Below, piece after piece: positions 45,116 through 55,869 of a stretch of 64,000 nt of DNA. Location: the NCBI GenBank assembly GCA_028283745.1, contig JAPWJZ010000008.1:715762-779761 (forward strand), in the 5' to 3' direction. Positions within the stretch are counted from its first letter, which is position 1. Each line of letters starts with the position of its first letter. The notes under the pieces are model-generated. The model was not told the origin of the DNA. It did no database searches and saw nothing but the letters and a program-made list of their open reading frames with translations. Both the position numbers and the translations under genes were made by a program. The DNA is from Micavibrio sp. (GTDB taxonomy: Bacteria; Pseudomonadota; Alphaproteobacteria; Micavibrionales; UBA2020).

Positions 45116-46561
45116 TCAGAAATATTCTGGGAAGTCTTTCTCAGCCTTGGCTTTTTGCATGGTCATAACCTTCGCCGCGGGCAAGTCGGGCTTCAGGCGC
45201 ACGGCTTGTTCCCAGCAGGTCCAGGCAAAAAGGCCGTCGGCGGCTTCAAACTGCGCATCGCCAAGGTCGGCATAGGCGGTGGCGAGCCACGGGTTGGCCA
45301 CCAGTGCATTGCTGTCCATGAGCACGGAAAGGGTAAAGCGCTTGTCATCCATTTTTGTTAGGCGCAGTTCCTGCCGTATGGCGCGGGCGCGGTAAATATC
45401 GAGAAAGTAGCCATAGTCTTTCGCGCGTGGTTTGGCGGCCTTCAGGGTTTCCTGCGCTTTTTGCGCGGCGGCGAGGGTTATTTGCGGAATAGTCAAAATC
45501 TGCTGCACCTTCTGCGTCTCCAGCTCATTGGCGGCGCGCAGCACCTGGTCGGTCAAATATTTTTTCTGGTCGGTGAGCTCTTTTGGCAGGCTGTCGAACA
45601 TTTCCTGCAGCGACAATACGGCGTGCATGCTGTCGCTTTGCGCAACGTAGCCTTGAATTCTAACGGCGAAATTATCCGCCGTCGGTCCCGGTTGCTGGCT
45701 GGTGACGAAGGCGCCGTTGATATCCGCGTCGGCGTTATAAACCTGCGTGTAACCGGTGGGCAGCTTCGGCGCCTCAGCCGCAGGGGCCGTGCCTTCAAGC
45801 GCCCATGTCGAGGCAATTTTTTTGCCCTGATGATTGTTGATCGCGTAATCAAGCGCGGCGAAAACTTTTGCGCCGCTGTTCATGGCGGTCTCAACCTTCG
45901 GGTGCAGCAGCGGGCCGTAGGACAGGAAGCGGGCATAGGTTTTCTGCAGCGGTTCCGGCACGGCGGTATCGGAAAGGCCGAAGCTGGCCAGAGCGCCGTA
46001 TTTACTGGTGAATGCGGTTTTGCCGTTGGCTGTCGCCGCTGTAATGATATCGCTGGTCGTCGTATCGCTGACAGAGCCATAAATGCTGTCGAGGTCAAGG
46101 CTGATAGGGTTGAGATCCTGCGTGATACCGGTCGGAACTTTGACGAAGATGGCTGTCTGGGTGACGGTTTCGTAATTCACAGCATCCGGCACCGTGCGTT
46201 CTTTCAGGGCGTGGCGGTACAGCGGCAATGCGTGCAGAGGATAGGATGAAAACGTTTTTTTGTCGTTCTGTATGCGGTAGTAACGCTTCGTCGCAAAATC
46301 GTATAAATCCGTATTATCGCCCACGGCAATGCTGAGGCTGTCCGGCGCCAGCGTGACAACGTAGTGGTTATCGACGGTTGCGGTATCCGTCGTCATCTGC
46401 ATCTTTTTCCCCGGCATCTGGTATTTGTTGGGGGTCATGCTCGTTATGGTTTGCGTTTCATGAAACTTCAGCACCAGGCCTTCAGCGGCTGCGGGCTGCG
46501 CGGCGGCGGTCATCAAGGCGAGGGTGGCGACAAAAAGGGAGACGCGGGCGGGGCTGTGCAT
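45116..46561 (-). CDS. Secreted hypothetical protein with a TPR-like C-terminus
   Basis: 481 aa. Signal peptide VSLFVATLALMTAAAQPAAAEG. No family recognised. The C-terminal ~60 aa are helical-repeat-like. Confidence 0.6.
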   Translation of the reverse strand: MHSPARVSLFVATLALMTAAAQPAAAEGLVLKFHETQTITSMTPNKYQMPGKKMQMTTDTATVDNHYVVTLAPDSLSIAVGDNTDLYDFATKRYYRIQNDKKTFSSYPLHALPLYRHALKERTVPDAVNYETVTQTAIFVKVPTGITQDLNPISLDLDSIYGSVSDTTTSDIITAATANGKTAFTSKYGALASFGLSDTAVPEPLQKTYARFLSYGPLLHPKVETAMNSGAKVFAALDYAINNHQGKKIASTWALEGTAPAAEAPKLPTGYTQVYNADADINGAFVTSQQPGPTADNFAVRIQGYVAQSDSMHAVLSLQEMFDSLPKELTDQKKYLTDQVLRAANELETQKVQQILTIPQITLAAAQKAQETLKAAKPRAKDYGYFLDIYRARAIRQELRLTKMDDKRFTLSVLMDSNALVANPWLATAYADLGDAQFEAADGLFAWTCWEQAVRLKPDLPAAKVMTMQKAKAEKDFPEYF

Positions 46562-46741
46562 GCCGGTTTTCCTGAACGGTTGAAAGGCCTGTTGCCAATT
46601 TTACGACGAAGTAAATTAACTATCTGTTAAATCAGCGGGTTTTTGCTGTCAGACAGCCGTTTTAACAGGTTGATTTTGCTAAATCCGCGCTTGCAGCACA
46701 AGGGGCGGCGCGATACTTTCAGGTAAATAGGGTGTTTTGAC

Positions 46742-47032
46742 ATGATGAACTTGCTGATTACCGTTTTACTGCTGCTGCTGGATGCTTATTTCTGGGTCAT
46801 CATTGCCACCGTTGTGGTCAGCTGGCTGGTGGTTTTCGACGTCCTCAATACCCGCAACAAGTGGGTTTACAAGCTCTGCCAGTTTTTAAACGTCATCACC
46901 AATCCGCTGGTGCTGCGCCTGCGCAAAATCATTCCGCCGCTGGGCGGGGTTGATATTACGCCGATGGTGATTATTTTTGGCATTTACGGCCTGCAAAGGC
47001 TGCTGGTTTCTATAGCAGCCGGGCTGCAATAA
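46742..47032 (+). CDS. yggT: YggT-family membrane protein
   Basis: 96 aa, two TM, LDAYFWVIIATVVVSWL ... ITPMVIIFGIY pattern. Confidence 0.8.
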   Translation: MMNLLITVLLLLLDAYFWVIIATVVVSWLVVFDVLNTRNKWVYKLCQFLNVITNPLVLRLRKIIPPLGGVDITPMVIIFGIYGLQRLLVSIAAGLQ

Positions 47033-47059
47033 ACTTCAATTCATAACGGGGGTTAAAAG

Positions 47060-47965
47060 ATGACGATGGCACAAAAGAAAACCGAAAAAGAACACGCCGA
47101 CATCATCGACGGCAAGGCCATCGCCAAAAAGCTCCGTGAATCCATCAAGCGCCATGTGGATGTGCTGGTGTCCGACCATAAAATCATGCCCGGCCTTGCG
47201 GTTGTGCTGGTGGGGGATGACCCCGCAAGCGGCATCTACGTCAATAACAAGGAAAAAGCCGCAAAAGAAGCGGGCATGCGCAGCTATGTGCATCGCCTGC
47301 CCAAAAGCGCCTCGCAGGATGAAGTGCTGAAGCTGGTGCAAAAGCTGAACCTTGATGCCAAAGTGAACGGCATTCTGGTGCAAATGCCGCTGCCGAAACA
47401 GATCGACAGCGCCACCGTGTTAAAGGCCATCGACCCGCTGAAGGATGTTGACGGCCTGCACATTGAAAATATGGGCCGTTTAATGGCCGATATGCCGGGC
47501 CTCGTCCCCTGCACGCCGATGGGCTGCATTATCCTGATCAAGTCCGTTGTGCAGAACCTGACCGGTTTGCATGCCGTTGTCATCGGCCGCTCGCACCTTG
47601 TCGGCAAGCCGGTGGCGCAACTGCTGCTGCGCGAAAACTGCACGGTTACCACCTGCCATTCCCGCACGCCGAATATTGCCCATGTCGCGCGAGAGGCGGA
47701 TATTCTTGTCGTCGCCGTCGGCAAGGCGCACCTGGTGAAAAAAGACTGGGTGAAGCCTGGCGCCATCGTTATCGATGTTGGCATCAACCGCATGGATGAC
47801 GGCAAAATCACAGGCGACGTTGACTTTGATGATGTTTCCAAGGTTGCGGGCCATATCACCCCCGTTCCCGGCGGTGCAGGCCCCATGACCATCGCCTGCC
47901 TGCTCGGCAATACCGTCGCCGCCGCCTGCCGCCAGAACGAGCTGACGGTTCCGCATATCGGCTAG
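47060..47965 (+). CDS. folD: Bifunctional methylenetetrahydrofolate dehydrogenase/cyclohydrolase
   Basis: 301 aa. PGLAVVLVGDDPASGIYV, GILVQMPLP, VVIGRSHLVGKPVAQLL, ITPVPGGAGPMTIA. Confidence 0.95.
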   Translation: MTMAQKKTEKEHADIIDGKAIAKKLRESIKRHVDVLVSDHKIMPGLAVVLVGDDPASGIYVNNKEKAAKEAGMRSYVHRLPKSASQDEVLKLVQKLNLDAKVNGILVQMPLPKQIDSATVLKAIDPLKDVDGLHIENMGRLMADMPGLVPCTPMGCIILIKSVVQNLTGLHAVVIGRSHLVGKPVAQLLLRENCTVTTCHSRTPNIAHVAREADILVVAVGKAHLVKKDWVKPGAIVIDVGINRMDDGKITGDVDFDDVSKVAGHITPVPGGAGPMTIACLLGNTVAAACRQNELTVPHIG

Positions 47966-47971
47966 GTTGGT

Positions 47972-48625
47972 TTAAGGCAGCTGCAGCGTCGTTTCCTGCC
48001 GTACATCACTATCCACAAAATCGAAATAGGTGACGGTTTTATTGGCGAGGTCTAGCTCGGCAAAGCAGGCGTCGTGCGTGCGGTAAAGGGTGCCGACGTT
48101 GAGGATGGTGAGGTGCTTGAGGCGGCGGAGCATGCGGCGGTGGCTATGGCCGTTGATGACGTAGCTGACGCCGTTATCCGCCAGCACGGCCTGCACATCG
48201 GGGTCGCCTTCCATTTCGGCATCCGGCGCATCGGGCATGAAGCGGGTCATGTCGTTATCGCCCATGCCGTGGCACAGCAGCAGGCCACCTGCGGGTGTTT
48301 CGAACTTAATGCTCGTGCGCAGGTCGTTCAGCCACGTCACGGTATCGGGCCGCAGTTTATCAACATCCGTCAAGTCGTTCCACGGCTTGCCATCGCGGAT
48401 GACCCAGCGTTCATGATTGCCGCTGACGGTGGGAATATTTTCGGCGCGCAGAATGTCGCAGCACGCATCAATATCCCCGCCGCCGTTGGGGATGCCATCC
48501 ACAACGTCGCCGGTGCAAAGAAATTGCGTAATGCCGCGTGATTTGAGCTTATCCACCGCGCGCTGCAGCAGAATATGCTCGGCATGCACATCGCCGATCA
48601 GGCCAATACGTGACGGAAGGCGCAA
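47972..48625 (-). CDS. Metallophosphoesterase-family protein
   Basis: IGLIGDVHAE, CTGDVVDG and SGNHE motifs. Start set at TTG 48625, which has a GAGGAA RBS 5 nt upstream. The track ATG 48718 would overlap icd by 74 nt. Confidence 0.7.
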   Translation of the reverse strand: MRLPSRIGLIGDVHAEHILLQRAVDKLKSRGITQFLCTGDVVDGIPNGGGDIDACCDILRAENIPTVSGNHERWVIRDGKPWNDLTDVDKLRPDTVTWLNDLRTSIKFETPAGGLLLCHGMGDNDMTRFMPDAPDAEMEGDPDVQAVLADNGVSYVINGHSHRRMLRRLKHLTILNVGTLYRTHDACFAELDLANKTVTYFDFVDSDVRQETTLQLP

Positions 48626-48644
48626 CGGAGTTCCTCGCCCTTTC

Positions 48645-50120
48645 TTATTGGCCCTGCGCCACCGTATAGGCGCGCACGCCGTCAAAGCTGTACAGGTTTT
48701 CAGTCTTGATGAAATCAAGGCCGGATTTCTGGATCGCGTCGAGCAGGCGAATGATCTGGTCGTGCGTCACGGGGGATGCATCGTTTGCGGCGGTGAAGCG
48801 GCAGCGCCAATGGTCGCCCATTTCCGCCTTCGCCTTGGATGCAGGCCAGACCAGCAGGCCGCGGCTGTCGATGGAGGACAGCTTCAGCGCGTTGGTCAGC
48901 GCCTTCAGCTCCGTCGCCAGTACTTCCACCGCGCCCTTGTCGCGCCAGTCGAGGAAAATATCAACACCTTCCAGCTTTTTCGCGGCGGGTTTGGGCAACT
49001 TGATGTCGGGCATCTGGATGTGCGGCACATCGGATTCACCAAAGGCGACCGGCTTGAACTTGGTCGGCAGCTGGCCGAGGCGTTCAATGACTGCCGCGCC
49101 GAATTCCGAGGTGCTGGCGCGGCGGGTGCTGAGCTGCGGGTTAAAAATATCGCCGGTATGCACGCCGTCTTCAATCGTTTTCAGCCACGCGTTCTGGATG
49201 GTTTCGGCAACCTTGGTCTGGCCAAGGTGCTGCAGCATCATGACAGCGGCGTTGAGAAGCCCTGACGGGTTGGCAATGCCCTTGCCGGAAATATCGGGCG
49301 CGGAGCCGTGAATAGCTTCAAACATCGCCCCATGCTGGCCGATGTTGGAGGAGCCGCACAGGCCGACGGAGCCGGAAACTTCCGCCGCGATGTCGGAAAT
49401 AATATCGCCGTACAGGTTTTCCGTCACCACCACGTCAAAAATATGGGGGGATGCGGCGATTTTGGCGGCGCCGATGTCCACAATCATGTGGTTGGTTTCA
49501 ATGCCGGGGTATTCTTTTGCAATGCGGTCGAAGGTTTTGTGGAACAGGCCATCCGTCATCTTCATGATGTTGTCTTTGGAGATGCAGGTGACTTTTTTGC
49601 GCTGGTTGGCGCGCGCAAATTCAAACGCGTAGCGGATAATGCGCTCGGAACCCGTTGATGAAATCAGCTTCAGGCACTGCACCACGTTGTCGGTCTGCTG
49701 GTATTCGATGCCGGCGTACAGGTCTTCCTCGTTCTCCCGCACAATCACCATGTCCATCGTGGGCTGGGTGGTGCGCACGTAGGGGTGATAGGAAACGCAG
49801 GGGCGCACGTTGGCAAACAGCGCCATGGATTTGCGCACGGTAACGTTCAGGCTTTTAAAGCCGCCGCCCTGCGGGGTGGTGATGGGCGCCTTCAAAAAGC
49901 ATTTCGTGCGGTTGAGCGATTCCCACGAGGAATCTTCAATGCCGGAAACAACGCCGCGTTTATAAACTTTTTCGCCAATCTCGATGGTTTCAATTTCCAG
50001 CTCTGCGCCGGCGGCCTTCAGCACGTCCAGCGTGACTGCCATGATTTCCGGGCCAATGCCGTCGCCGTGGGCAACCGTGATGGGGGATTTTTTTGTCATG
50101 GCAGGTTCCTTGTTTTTCAT
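48645..50120 (-). CDS. icd: Isocitrate dehydrogenase, long (~480-490 aa) isocitrate/isopropylmalate dehydrogenase-family form
   Basis: ITVAHGDGIGPEIM, NLYGDIISDIAAEVSGSVGL, plus a ~130-aa C-terminal extension as recalled for Rickettsia-type icd. The alternative start is ATG 50099. Confidence 0.9.
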   Translation of the reverse strand: MKNKEPAMTKKSPITVAHGDGIGPEIMAVTLDVLKAAGAELEIETIEIGEKVYKRGVVSGIEDSSWESLNRTKCFLKAPITTPQGGGFKSLNVTVRKSMALFANVRPCVSYHPYVRTTQPTMDMVIVRENEEDLYAGIEYQQTDNVVQCLKLISSTGSERIIRYAFEFARANQRKKVTCISKDNIMKMTDGLFHKTFDRIAKEYPGIETNHMIVDIGAAKIAASPHIFDVVVTENLYGDIISDIAAEVSGSVGLCGSSNIGQHGAMFEAIHGSAPDISGKGIANPSGLLNAAVMMLQHLGQTKVAETIQNAWLKTIEDGVHTGDIFNPQLSTRRASTSEFGAAVIERLGQLPTKFKPVAFGESDVPHIQMPDIKLPKPAAKKLEGVDIFLDWRDKGAVEVLATELKALTNALKLSSIDSRGLLVWPASKAKAEMGDHWRCRFTAANDASPVTHDQIIRLLDAIQKSGLDFIKTENLYSFDGVRAYTVAQGQ

Positions 50121-50256
50121 ATTGTATTTACATCAAGACGGAAGCCGCCGGGGGCTTGTGTAGCCCCGGCAACATTGCAAAGTATTGTTGAATTTATTGT
50201 GGCTTAATTTGCGTCATTTGCAATAGACTCTCATGTATATTTTATTCGAGGTTTTC

Positions 50257-51579
50257 ATGCTCGCCCAGGAAATTATCCGCAAGAAACGCGACGGCCAGAC
50301 GCTGGCCGAGGGCGAGATTACGCAATTCATCAACGGCATTCCCGCAAAGGCCGTCAGCGAAGGGCAGGTTGCCGCTTTTTGCATGGCTGTTTTGCTGAAA
50401 GGCATGACCATGCCGGAGCGCGTGGCGCTGACGCTGGCCATGGCACGGTCCGGCACCGTCATGGAATGGGCGCAGGAAAAATTGCCGGGTCCTATTCTTG
50501 ATAAACATTCGACCGGCGGCATTGGCGACAAAGTCAGCCTTATGCTGGCGCCTATCGTGGCGGCGCTGGGCGGCTTCGTGCCCATGCTGTCGGGCCGCGG
50601 GCTTGGCCACACGGGCGGCACGCTCGATAAAATGGATGCTATTCCGGGCTACGTGTCACAGCCGGATGTTGCGCTGTTCCGCAAGGTTGTGCGCAGTGCC
50701 GGTTGCGCCATCATCGGCGCCACGCCGGATCTTGCGCCCGCAGACCGCACCATGTACGCCATCCGCGATGTGACTGGCACGGTTGAATCGCTGGATTTGA
50801 TCACCGCTTCCATTTTGTCGAAAAAACTTGCGGCAGGGCTCTCCGGCCTTGTCATGGATGTTAAATTTGGCACCGGCGCGTTTATGCAGAAGTATGATGA
50901 TGCAAAGGCCCTGGCCGAAAGCATCGTCAGCGTTGCGAACGGCGCGGGCCTGCCCACCGTCGGCCTGCTGACGGACATGAACCAGGTCCTTGGCCGCACG
51001 GCAGGCAATGCGGTTGAAGTGCTGGAAGCGGTTGAATACCTGCAGGGCAAAAACATGGATAAGCGCCTGCACGAAGTAAACACCGCGCTCACCGCCGAGC
51101 TGCTGGTGCTGGGCAACCTCGCCAAAGACATTCCCGATGCGCGCGCCAAAATTGACACCGTCATTCACAACGGCAAGGCTGCGGAACATTTTGCCCGCAT
51201 GGTCAAAGACCTTGGCGGCCCCGCCGATTTCATGGAAAAACCGCAAAGCTATTTGAAGCCAGCGCCGGTGGTGCGTGATTTCTTCCCCGCAGCCAGGGGC
51301 CGCGTGGCGGCGGTGGATGCGCGTATGGTGGGCATCGGCATCGTCGAAATGGGCGGCGGCCGCGCCAGGCCGATGGACGGCATTGACCACGCGGTCGGCC
51401 TTACCAACGTGGCGCAGATCGGCGATGAAGCCGGAACGGGCGCACGCCCGCTTGCGACCATTCACGCGAAGGATGAAGCATCGTGGCAGCGCATGGCCGA
51501 AACGCTGCATGGCGCCATGACCGTGCAGGACACGGCGAACGTGAAGGAGGAGCTGGTGAAGCTCCGCATCGCGGCATGA
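50257..51579 (+). CDS. deoA: Thymidine phosphorylase
   Basis: ATG 50257 gives [16 protein letters not shown], collinear with E. coli Deo[42 protein letters not shown]. Confidence 0.93.
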   Translation: MLAQEIIRKKRDGQTLAEGEITQFINGIPAKAVSEGQVAAFCMAVLLKGMTMPERVALTLAMARSGTVMEWAQEKLPGPILDKHSTGGIGDKVSLMLAPIVAALGGFVPMLSGRGLGHTGGTLDKMDAIPGYVSQPDVALFRKVVRSAGCAIIGATPDLAPADRTMYAIRDVTGTVESLDLITASILSKKLAAGLSGLVMDVKFGTGAFMQKYDDAKALAESIVSVANGAGLPTVGLLTDMNQVLGRTAGNAVEVLEAVEYLQGKNMDKRLHEVNTALTAELLVLGNLAKDIPDARAKIDTVIHNGKAAEHFARMVKDLGGPADFMEKPQSYLKPAPVVRDFFPAARGRVAAVDARMVGIGIVEMGGGRARPMDGIDHAVGLTNVAQIGDEAGTGARPLATIHAKDEASWQRMAETLHGAMTVQDTANVKEELVKLRIAA

Positions 51580-52040
51580 AAGCCTTATCATCCGCACAAT
51601 TGAAGAAGATGGCAAAACTGGCGGCAACGGCGCGTGATAACGCCTATTGCCCGTATTCCAACCACCCCGTGGGCGCGGCGATTTTGACCGAAGGCGGGAA
51701 AATTTTCGCAGGTTCCAACGTGGAAGTTGCGCATTACAAGGGCGTTTGCGCCGAAGCTTCCGCTATTTCCGCCATGTGTTCGGCGGGCGGGCGCAAAATA
51801 AAGGCCGTCGTTGTCGTCGGCCCGACCATGAAATACCTCTGCACGCCGTGCGGCGACTGCCGCCAGCGCATCCGCGAATTTGCGGAAGATGGCGCGATTG
51901 TCTATTCCATGTGGAAAGACGGAAGCCTGGGAGAAGCCCATGCCTTCGCCGATCTGCTGCCGCATTCTTTTGGCCCGGAGAATGTGTCTGAAGTGGCTGC
52001 GGCGCCGAAAAAGAACCATCAGAAAAAGAAGAAAAAGTAA
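51576..52040 (+). CDS. cdd: Cytidine deaminase
   Basis: ATG 51576 overlaps the deoA stop (ATGA). Zinc motifs VCAEASAI and [14 protein letters not shown]. Confidence 0.9.
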   Translation: MKALSSAQLKKMAKLAATARDNAYCPYSNHPVGAAILTEGGKIFAGSNVEVAHYKGVCAEASAISAMCSAGGRKIKAVVVVGPTMKYLCTPCGDCRQRIREFAEDGAIVYSMWKDGSLGEAHAFADLLPHSFGPENVSEVAAAPKKNHQKKKKK

Positions 52041-52041
52041 A

Positions 52042-52992
52042 ATGACCGCGGCACCATCCCTGGCACTATCCCCGGCCTCATCTGCCGGGCTTCGCAAGAA
52101 TACGCTTATCGCCATGCTGCTTACAGCGGTTGCCTACGCGTACTTCAACATCGGCGACGCCGCCCTTAAAATGCTGACCCTGCGCGGCTTCCATTTTTCG
52201 CAAATCATCGTGACCAACGGCTGTGTTATCATCGCCTGCATGTGCCTGTCGGGCGCGGTGCGGCAGGGCAAGGCGGCCTTTAAAATGCAAAAGCCCATGT
52301 GGGTGCTTATTCGCGCACTGCTGTCGGTTGGCGTGTCGCTGCTCAACACGGCGGCCATGCCGCACATCAAGCTCACCACCTTTTATACGCTGGTTTTCAC
52401 ATCGCCCTTCTGGGTCGCCTTGCTGGCGGCGGTGTTTTTGAAGGAAAAGCTGGAGCTGCGGCGCGTGCTGGTCATCCTTGCCGGGTTTGCCGTTATCATG
52501 GGCATGTTCCCGCCTGGCAGCGGGCTGCTGGATAAATATGCACTGTATGTTCTTATCGGCGCGTTTCTTTATTCCTGCTCCATGGTCGTCATGCGGTCGC
52601 TGGGGCCGAAGGAAAGCCGCACCATGATTATCAGCATGGGCTCCTTCATGGGGGTGTGCATTTCGCTGCCGTACCTGCCGTCGCACTTTATCTGGCCCAC
52701 TATGTATGAATGGGGGCTGTTCTTTATGATGGGGGTGCTGGGCGCAATCAGCGTTACCTGCATCGCCTACGCGTTCCAGAACGCGCCGTCGGCGTCGGTC
52801 GTTGCACCGTTCCACTATACGCAGATTGTATGGGGCGCGCTGCTGGGGTACTTCCTGTTCAATGAAATGCCGGAAACACGCACCATTATTGGCGCGTGCT
52901 GCATTATTGGCCTCGGGCTTTACCTCATCTTGAGCGAGACAAGGCGCAAGCCGCCCGTGCCGGATGCTGAAGGGGCAGTTATTTCAAGCTAA
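52042..52992 (+). CDS. DMT-superfamily (EamA-like) transporter
   Basis: ATG 52042. About 10 TM with two EamA-like halves. Confidence 0.8.
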   Translation: MTAAPSLALSPASSAGLRKNTLIAMLLTAVAYAYFNIGDAALKMLTLRGFHFSQIIVTNGCVIIACMCLSGAVRQGKAAFKMQKPMWVLIRALLSVGVSLLNTAAMPHIKLTTFYTLVFTSPFWVALLAAVFLKEKLELRRVLVILAGFAVIMGMFPPGSGLLDKYALYVLIGAFLYSCSMVVMRSLGPKESRTMIISMGSFMGVCISLPYLPSHFIWPTMYEWGLFFMMGVLGAISVTCIAYAFQNAPSASVVAPFHYTQIVWGALLGYFLFNEMPETRTIIGACCIIGLGLYLILSETRRKPPVPDAEGAVISS

Positions 52993-53004
52993 AGTGGCTT
53001 TAGA

Positions 53005-53637
53005 TTAAATCTTCGCTTCCGCGGCGTCCATTTTCTGGATTGTCTTCCATGCCTCGCGCATATATTCCCAGCCGGACCAGACGGTTAGCAGCGTTGCGAT
53101 AAGGAAGAAGAATTTGCCGACAGCCATGGTGTGCGGCACCAGCGCGTCGCCGTAATCCCCGACGATCAGGAAACCGATCGAGAACATCTGCACCGTTAGC
53201 TTCCATTTGCCCATTTTGGAGATATGGACGACGACGTTGTAAAGCCCCATGAATTCGCGCACGCCGGCAATCAAAATTTCGCGCATGTAAATGACAATGG
53301 CGAAGACCAGCCAGATGCCTTCCAGCTGGTGGAAGGCGACAAGGCACATCAACGCCACGCCCACCACCAGTTTGTCTGTCGAGGAATCAAGGAACTTGCC
53401 CAGCAGCGTTGTCTGTCCGAGGGCGCGTGCGATGATGCCGTCGAGGAAGTCGGAAAGACCGGCGAGGGCGAATAGGAAAAGGTTGGTCCAGGCGGGCCAT
53501 GAAATACCGTCTGTCCGCCATGCGCTGTCGGCATACGACAGTGCGATCATGACAGGCAGGTAAGCGGCGCGATAAAAGCACAGCAGGTTGGGGATGCTGA
53601 AAAGACCCTTCGGATAGTTCAACTTGGGGAGTTTCAT
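53005..53637 (-). CDS. pgsA: CDP-diacylglycerol--glycerol-3-phosphate 3-phosphatidyltransferase
   Basis: CDP-alcohol phosphatidyltransferase motif DFLDGIIARALGQTTLLGKFLDSSTDK. Lies directly after uvrC, as in many bacteria. Confidence 0.85.
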   Translation of the reverse strand: MKLPKLNYPKGLFSIPNLLCFYRAAYLPVMIALSYADSAWRTDGISWPAWTNLFLFALAGLSDFLDGIIARALGQTTLLGKFLDSSTDKLVVGVALMCLVAFHQLEGIWLVFAIVIYMREILIAGVREFMGLYNVVVHISKMGKWKLTVQMFSIGFLIVGDYGDALVPHTMAVGKFFFLIATLLTVWSGWEYMREAWKTIQKMDAAEAKI

Positions 53638-55500
53638 CTAGTCCTCTTTCTCGTGGAAGAAGCCGTAAATGGCTTCGGCCACTGCTTTGCTGATGCCCGC
53701 TACCTTTTGTAAATCAGCCACCCCTGCCTCTGCAACTGCTTTCGCGGAGCCGAAATGGAGCAGGAGCGCCTTTTTGCGCTTTCCGCCAATGCCTGGCACT
53801 TCATCCAGCGGGTTCTGGCTGATGGCGCGTGACCGGCGCGCGCGGTGGGAGGTAATGGCGAATCGGTGCGCTTCGTCGCGCAGCCGCTGCAGGTAGTATA
53901 AAACGGGGTCGCCCTGTTCCATGTCGAAGGGTTCGCGGCCTGGCATAAAAAAGCGCTCCCGCCCGGCGTTGCGGTCGGGGCCTTTTGCAATCGCCACCAC
54001 GGTCACGCCGTTCACGCCCAGTTCCTGCATGACCTGCAATACGGCGCTAAGCTGCCCCTGGCCGCCGTCAATCAGCATTAAATCGGGCCAGTTGGCGGTA
54101 TTGCCGTCCGCTTCGTCCTTCAGCAGCGCCTTGAAGCGGCGCGACAGTGTTTCGCGCATCATGCCGTAATCGTCGCCGGGGGCGACCTGTTCTTTCATGT
54201 TGAACTTGCGGTACGAATTTTTCTGGAAGCCTTCCGTCGTTGCCACCACCATGGCGCCAAGGGCATGGGTGCCGGAAATGTGGCTGTTATCGTAAATCTC
54301 GATGCGCTCGGGCGTGTCTTCCATGCCGAATATATCGCCGAGTTTTTCAAATATCTGCTCCGCCGATGATTCCGTCGCCATGCGGCGGGCAAGGGCTTCG
54401 CGCGCGTTTTTCTCCGCCATCAGCACCAGCTCGCGCTTCGGCCCGCGCTGGGGGATGAAGATGCCGACCTTGTGGCCGGTTTTAATGCGCAAGGCTTCCT
54501 CGATAATATCCTGCGCCACCACAGCATGGTTGACGATGATTTCTTCCGGCACGGGCCTTGTGGTGTAGAACTGCGCGATGAAGGCGGAAAGAATATCCTC
54601 CGGCAATTCATCCTTCTCGTGCCGCGGGAAGTAGGAACGGTTGCCGTAGTTCTGCCCCGCGCGGAAAAAGAACACCTGAATGCAGCTTTGCCCGTGGTCC
54701 TGCTGCAGCACGTGCAGGTCGGCATCGCCAATGCCTTCCACGTTGACGACCTGGTGCTGCTGGATTTGCGTCAGGGCGCGAATGCGGTCGCGGTAGCCGG
54801 CAGCGGATTCATAGTCCATCTCCGCACTTGCCTGCTGCATTTTTTCGGCAAAGTCTTCCTGAATGGCGCGGCTTTTGCCCTTCAGGAACTGGCGCGCAAG
54901 GTCAACCTGTTCAAGGTATTGCTGGTGCGTCACGCGCTGCACGCAGGGCGCGGTGCAGCGACGAATGTGGAACTGCAGGCAGGGGCGGGTGCGCAGCGCA
55001 AAAATATTGTCGGAGCAATTGCGCAGCATAAAGGCGCGCTGCAGCACCGCCAGTGTTTCATTCACCGCGTAGCCGGAGGCGAAGGGGCCAAAGTATTCGC
55101 TTTTGCCCTCCTTCGCGCCGCGGTGCTTTGTAACCTGCGGGTAATCATGGTCGGTGATTTGAATGTAGGGGAATGATTTATCGTCGCGCAGCAGAATGTT
55201 ATAGCGGGGCTTCAGCTTTTTAATCAGGTTGGCTTCCAGCAGCAGGGCTTCGGCCTCGGTATGTGTGGTGGTGAATTCCATCGTCACCGTCTGCGCAATC
55301 ATCCGCTGGATGCGCCCGCTGTTTTTTTGCGGCTGGGTATAGTTGGTGACGCGTTTCTTCAGGTTCTTGGCTTTGCCGACATACAGAATATCGCCGCTGA
55401 CGCTGATCATGCGGTAAACGCCCGGCATGCCCGGCAACGTTTTCACGAATTCCAGGATGACCTCGTGGCCTTTCTTTTTGACGGTTTCGTTGGTGAACAA
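53638..55500 (-). CDS. uvrC: Excinuclease ABC subunit C
   Basis: 620 aa with a TTG start. GIY-YIG PGVYRMISVSGDILYVGKAKNLKKR, UVR domain, C-terminal HhH GIGGKRKKALLLHFGS. Confidence 0.95.
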   Translation of the reverse strand: MFTNETVKKKGHEVILEFVKTLPGMPGVYRMISVSGDILYVGKAKNLKKRVTNYTQPQKNSGRIQRMIAQTVTMEFTTTHTEAEALLLEANLIKKLKPRYNILLRDDKSFPYIQITDHDYPQVTKHRGAKEGKSEYFGPFASGYAVNETLAVLQRAFMLRNCSDNIFALRTRPCLQFHIRRCTAPCVQRVTHQQYLEQVDLARQFLKGKSRAIQEDFAEKMQQASAEMDYESAAGYRDRIRALTQIQQHQVVNVEGIGDADLHVLQQDHGQSCIQVFFFRAGQNYGNRSYFPRHEKDELPEDILSAFIAQFYTTRPVPEEIIVNHAVVAQDIIEEALRIKTGHKVGIFIPQRGPKRELVLMAEKNAREALARRMATESSAEQIFEKLGDIFGMEDTPERIEIYDNSHISGTHALGAMVVATTEGFQKNSYRKFNMKEQVAPGDDYGMMRETLSRRFKALLKDEADGNTANWPDLMLIDGGQGQLSAVLQVMQELGVNGVTVVAIAKGPDRNAGRERFFMPGREPFDMEQGDPVLYYLQRLRDEAHRFAITSHRARRSRAISQNPLDEVPGIGGKRKKALLLHFGSAKAVAEAGVADLQKVAGISKAVAEAIYGFFHEKED

Positions 55501-55592
55501 TCCAAGCCCTTGATTTTTAATTGGAATTTAACTGCGACGTTCCCTCTAAAATGGTATTATAATCCAGTAAAAGCAAGGGGGTAGCTATAACC

Positions 55593-55790
55593 ATGGAATT
55601 GCTCGATTACGATGCCGATGAAGATGTCGTTACGGTCGAAATCGCCGTTGGCGCCCTGCTGGATATCCAGCAGCTTATCAAAGCCGCCGGCGGTACCGGC
55701 AAGCCCCTGTCGCCCGAAGATTTAAAGGGCCTCACCGCCGATTTTTCCGGCCTGATGGACGATATAAAGCGCGAACAGGACCTGGCCTAA
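55593..55790 (+). CDS. Small acidic hypothetical protein
   Basis: 65-aa ORF with a weak AAGGGGG RBS. No homology recognised. Confidence 0.35.
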   Translation: MELLDYDADEDVVTVEIAVGALLDIQQLIKAAGGTGKPLSPEDLKGLTADFSGLMDDIKREQDLA

Positions 55791-55795
55791 ACCGC

Positions 55796-55823
55796 TTGAT
55801 GACCCTGCGGCATCATGTATAAT
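55796..55823 (+). promoter_or_regulatory. Candidate sigma70-type promoter for tRNA-Leu
   Basis: TTGATG (55796-55801), a 16-nt spacer, then TATAAT (55818-55823), 47 nt upstream of the tRNA. Confidence 0.35.
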
Positions 55824-55869
55824 CCCACATGAAATTTTAAGGCTCCGTTTAACCACAACGGCAGCATCG

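Noticed and set aside
48626-48718. Upstream extension of the metallophosphoesterase ORF to ATG 48718.
   Set aside because: It would overlap the icd 3' end by 74 nt and add a basic non-conserved N-terminus. TTG 48625 has a good GAGGAA RBS and starts just before the first metal-binding motif.
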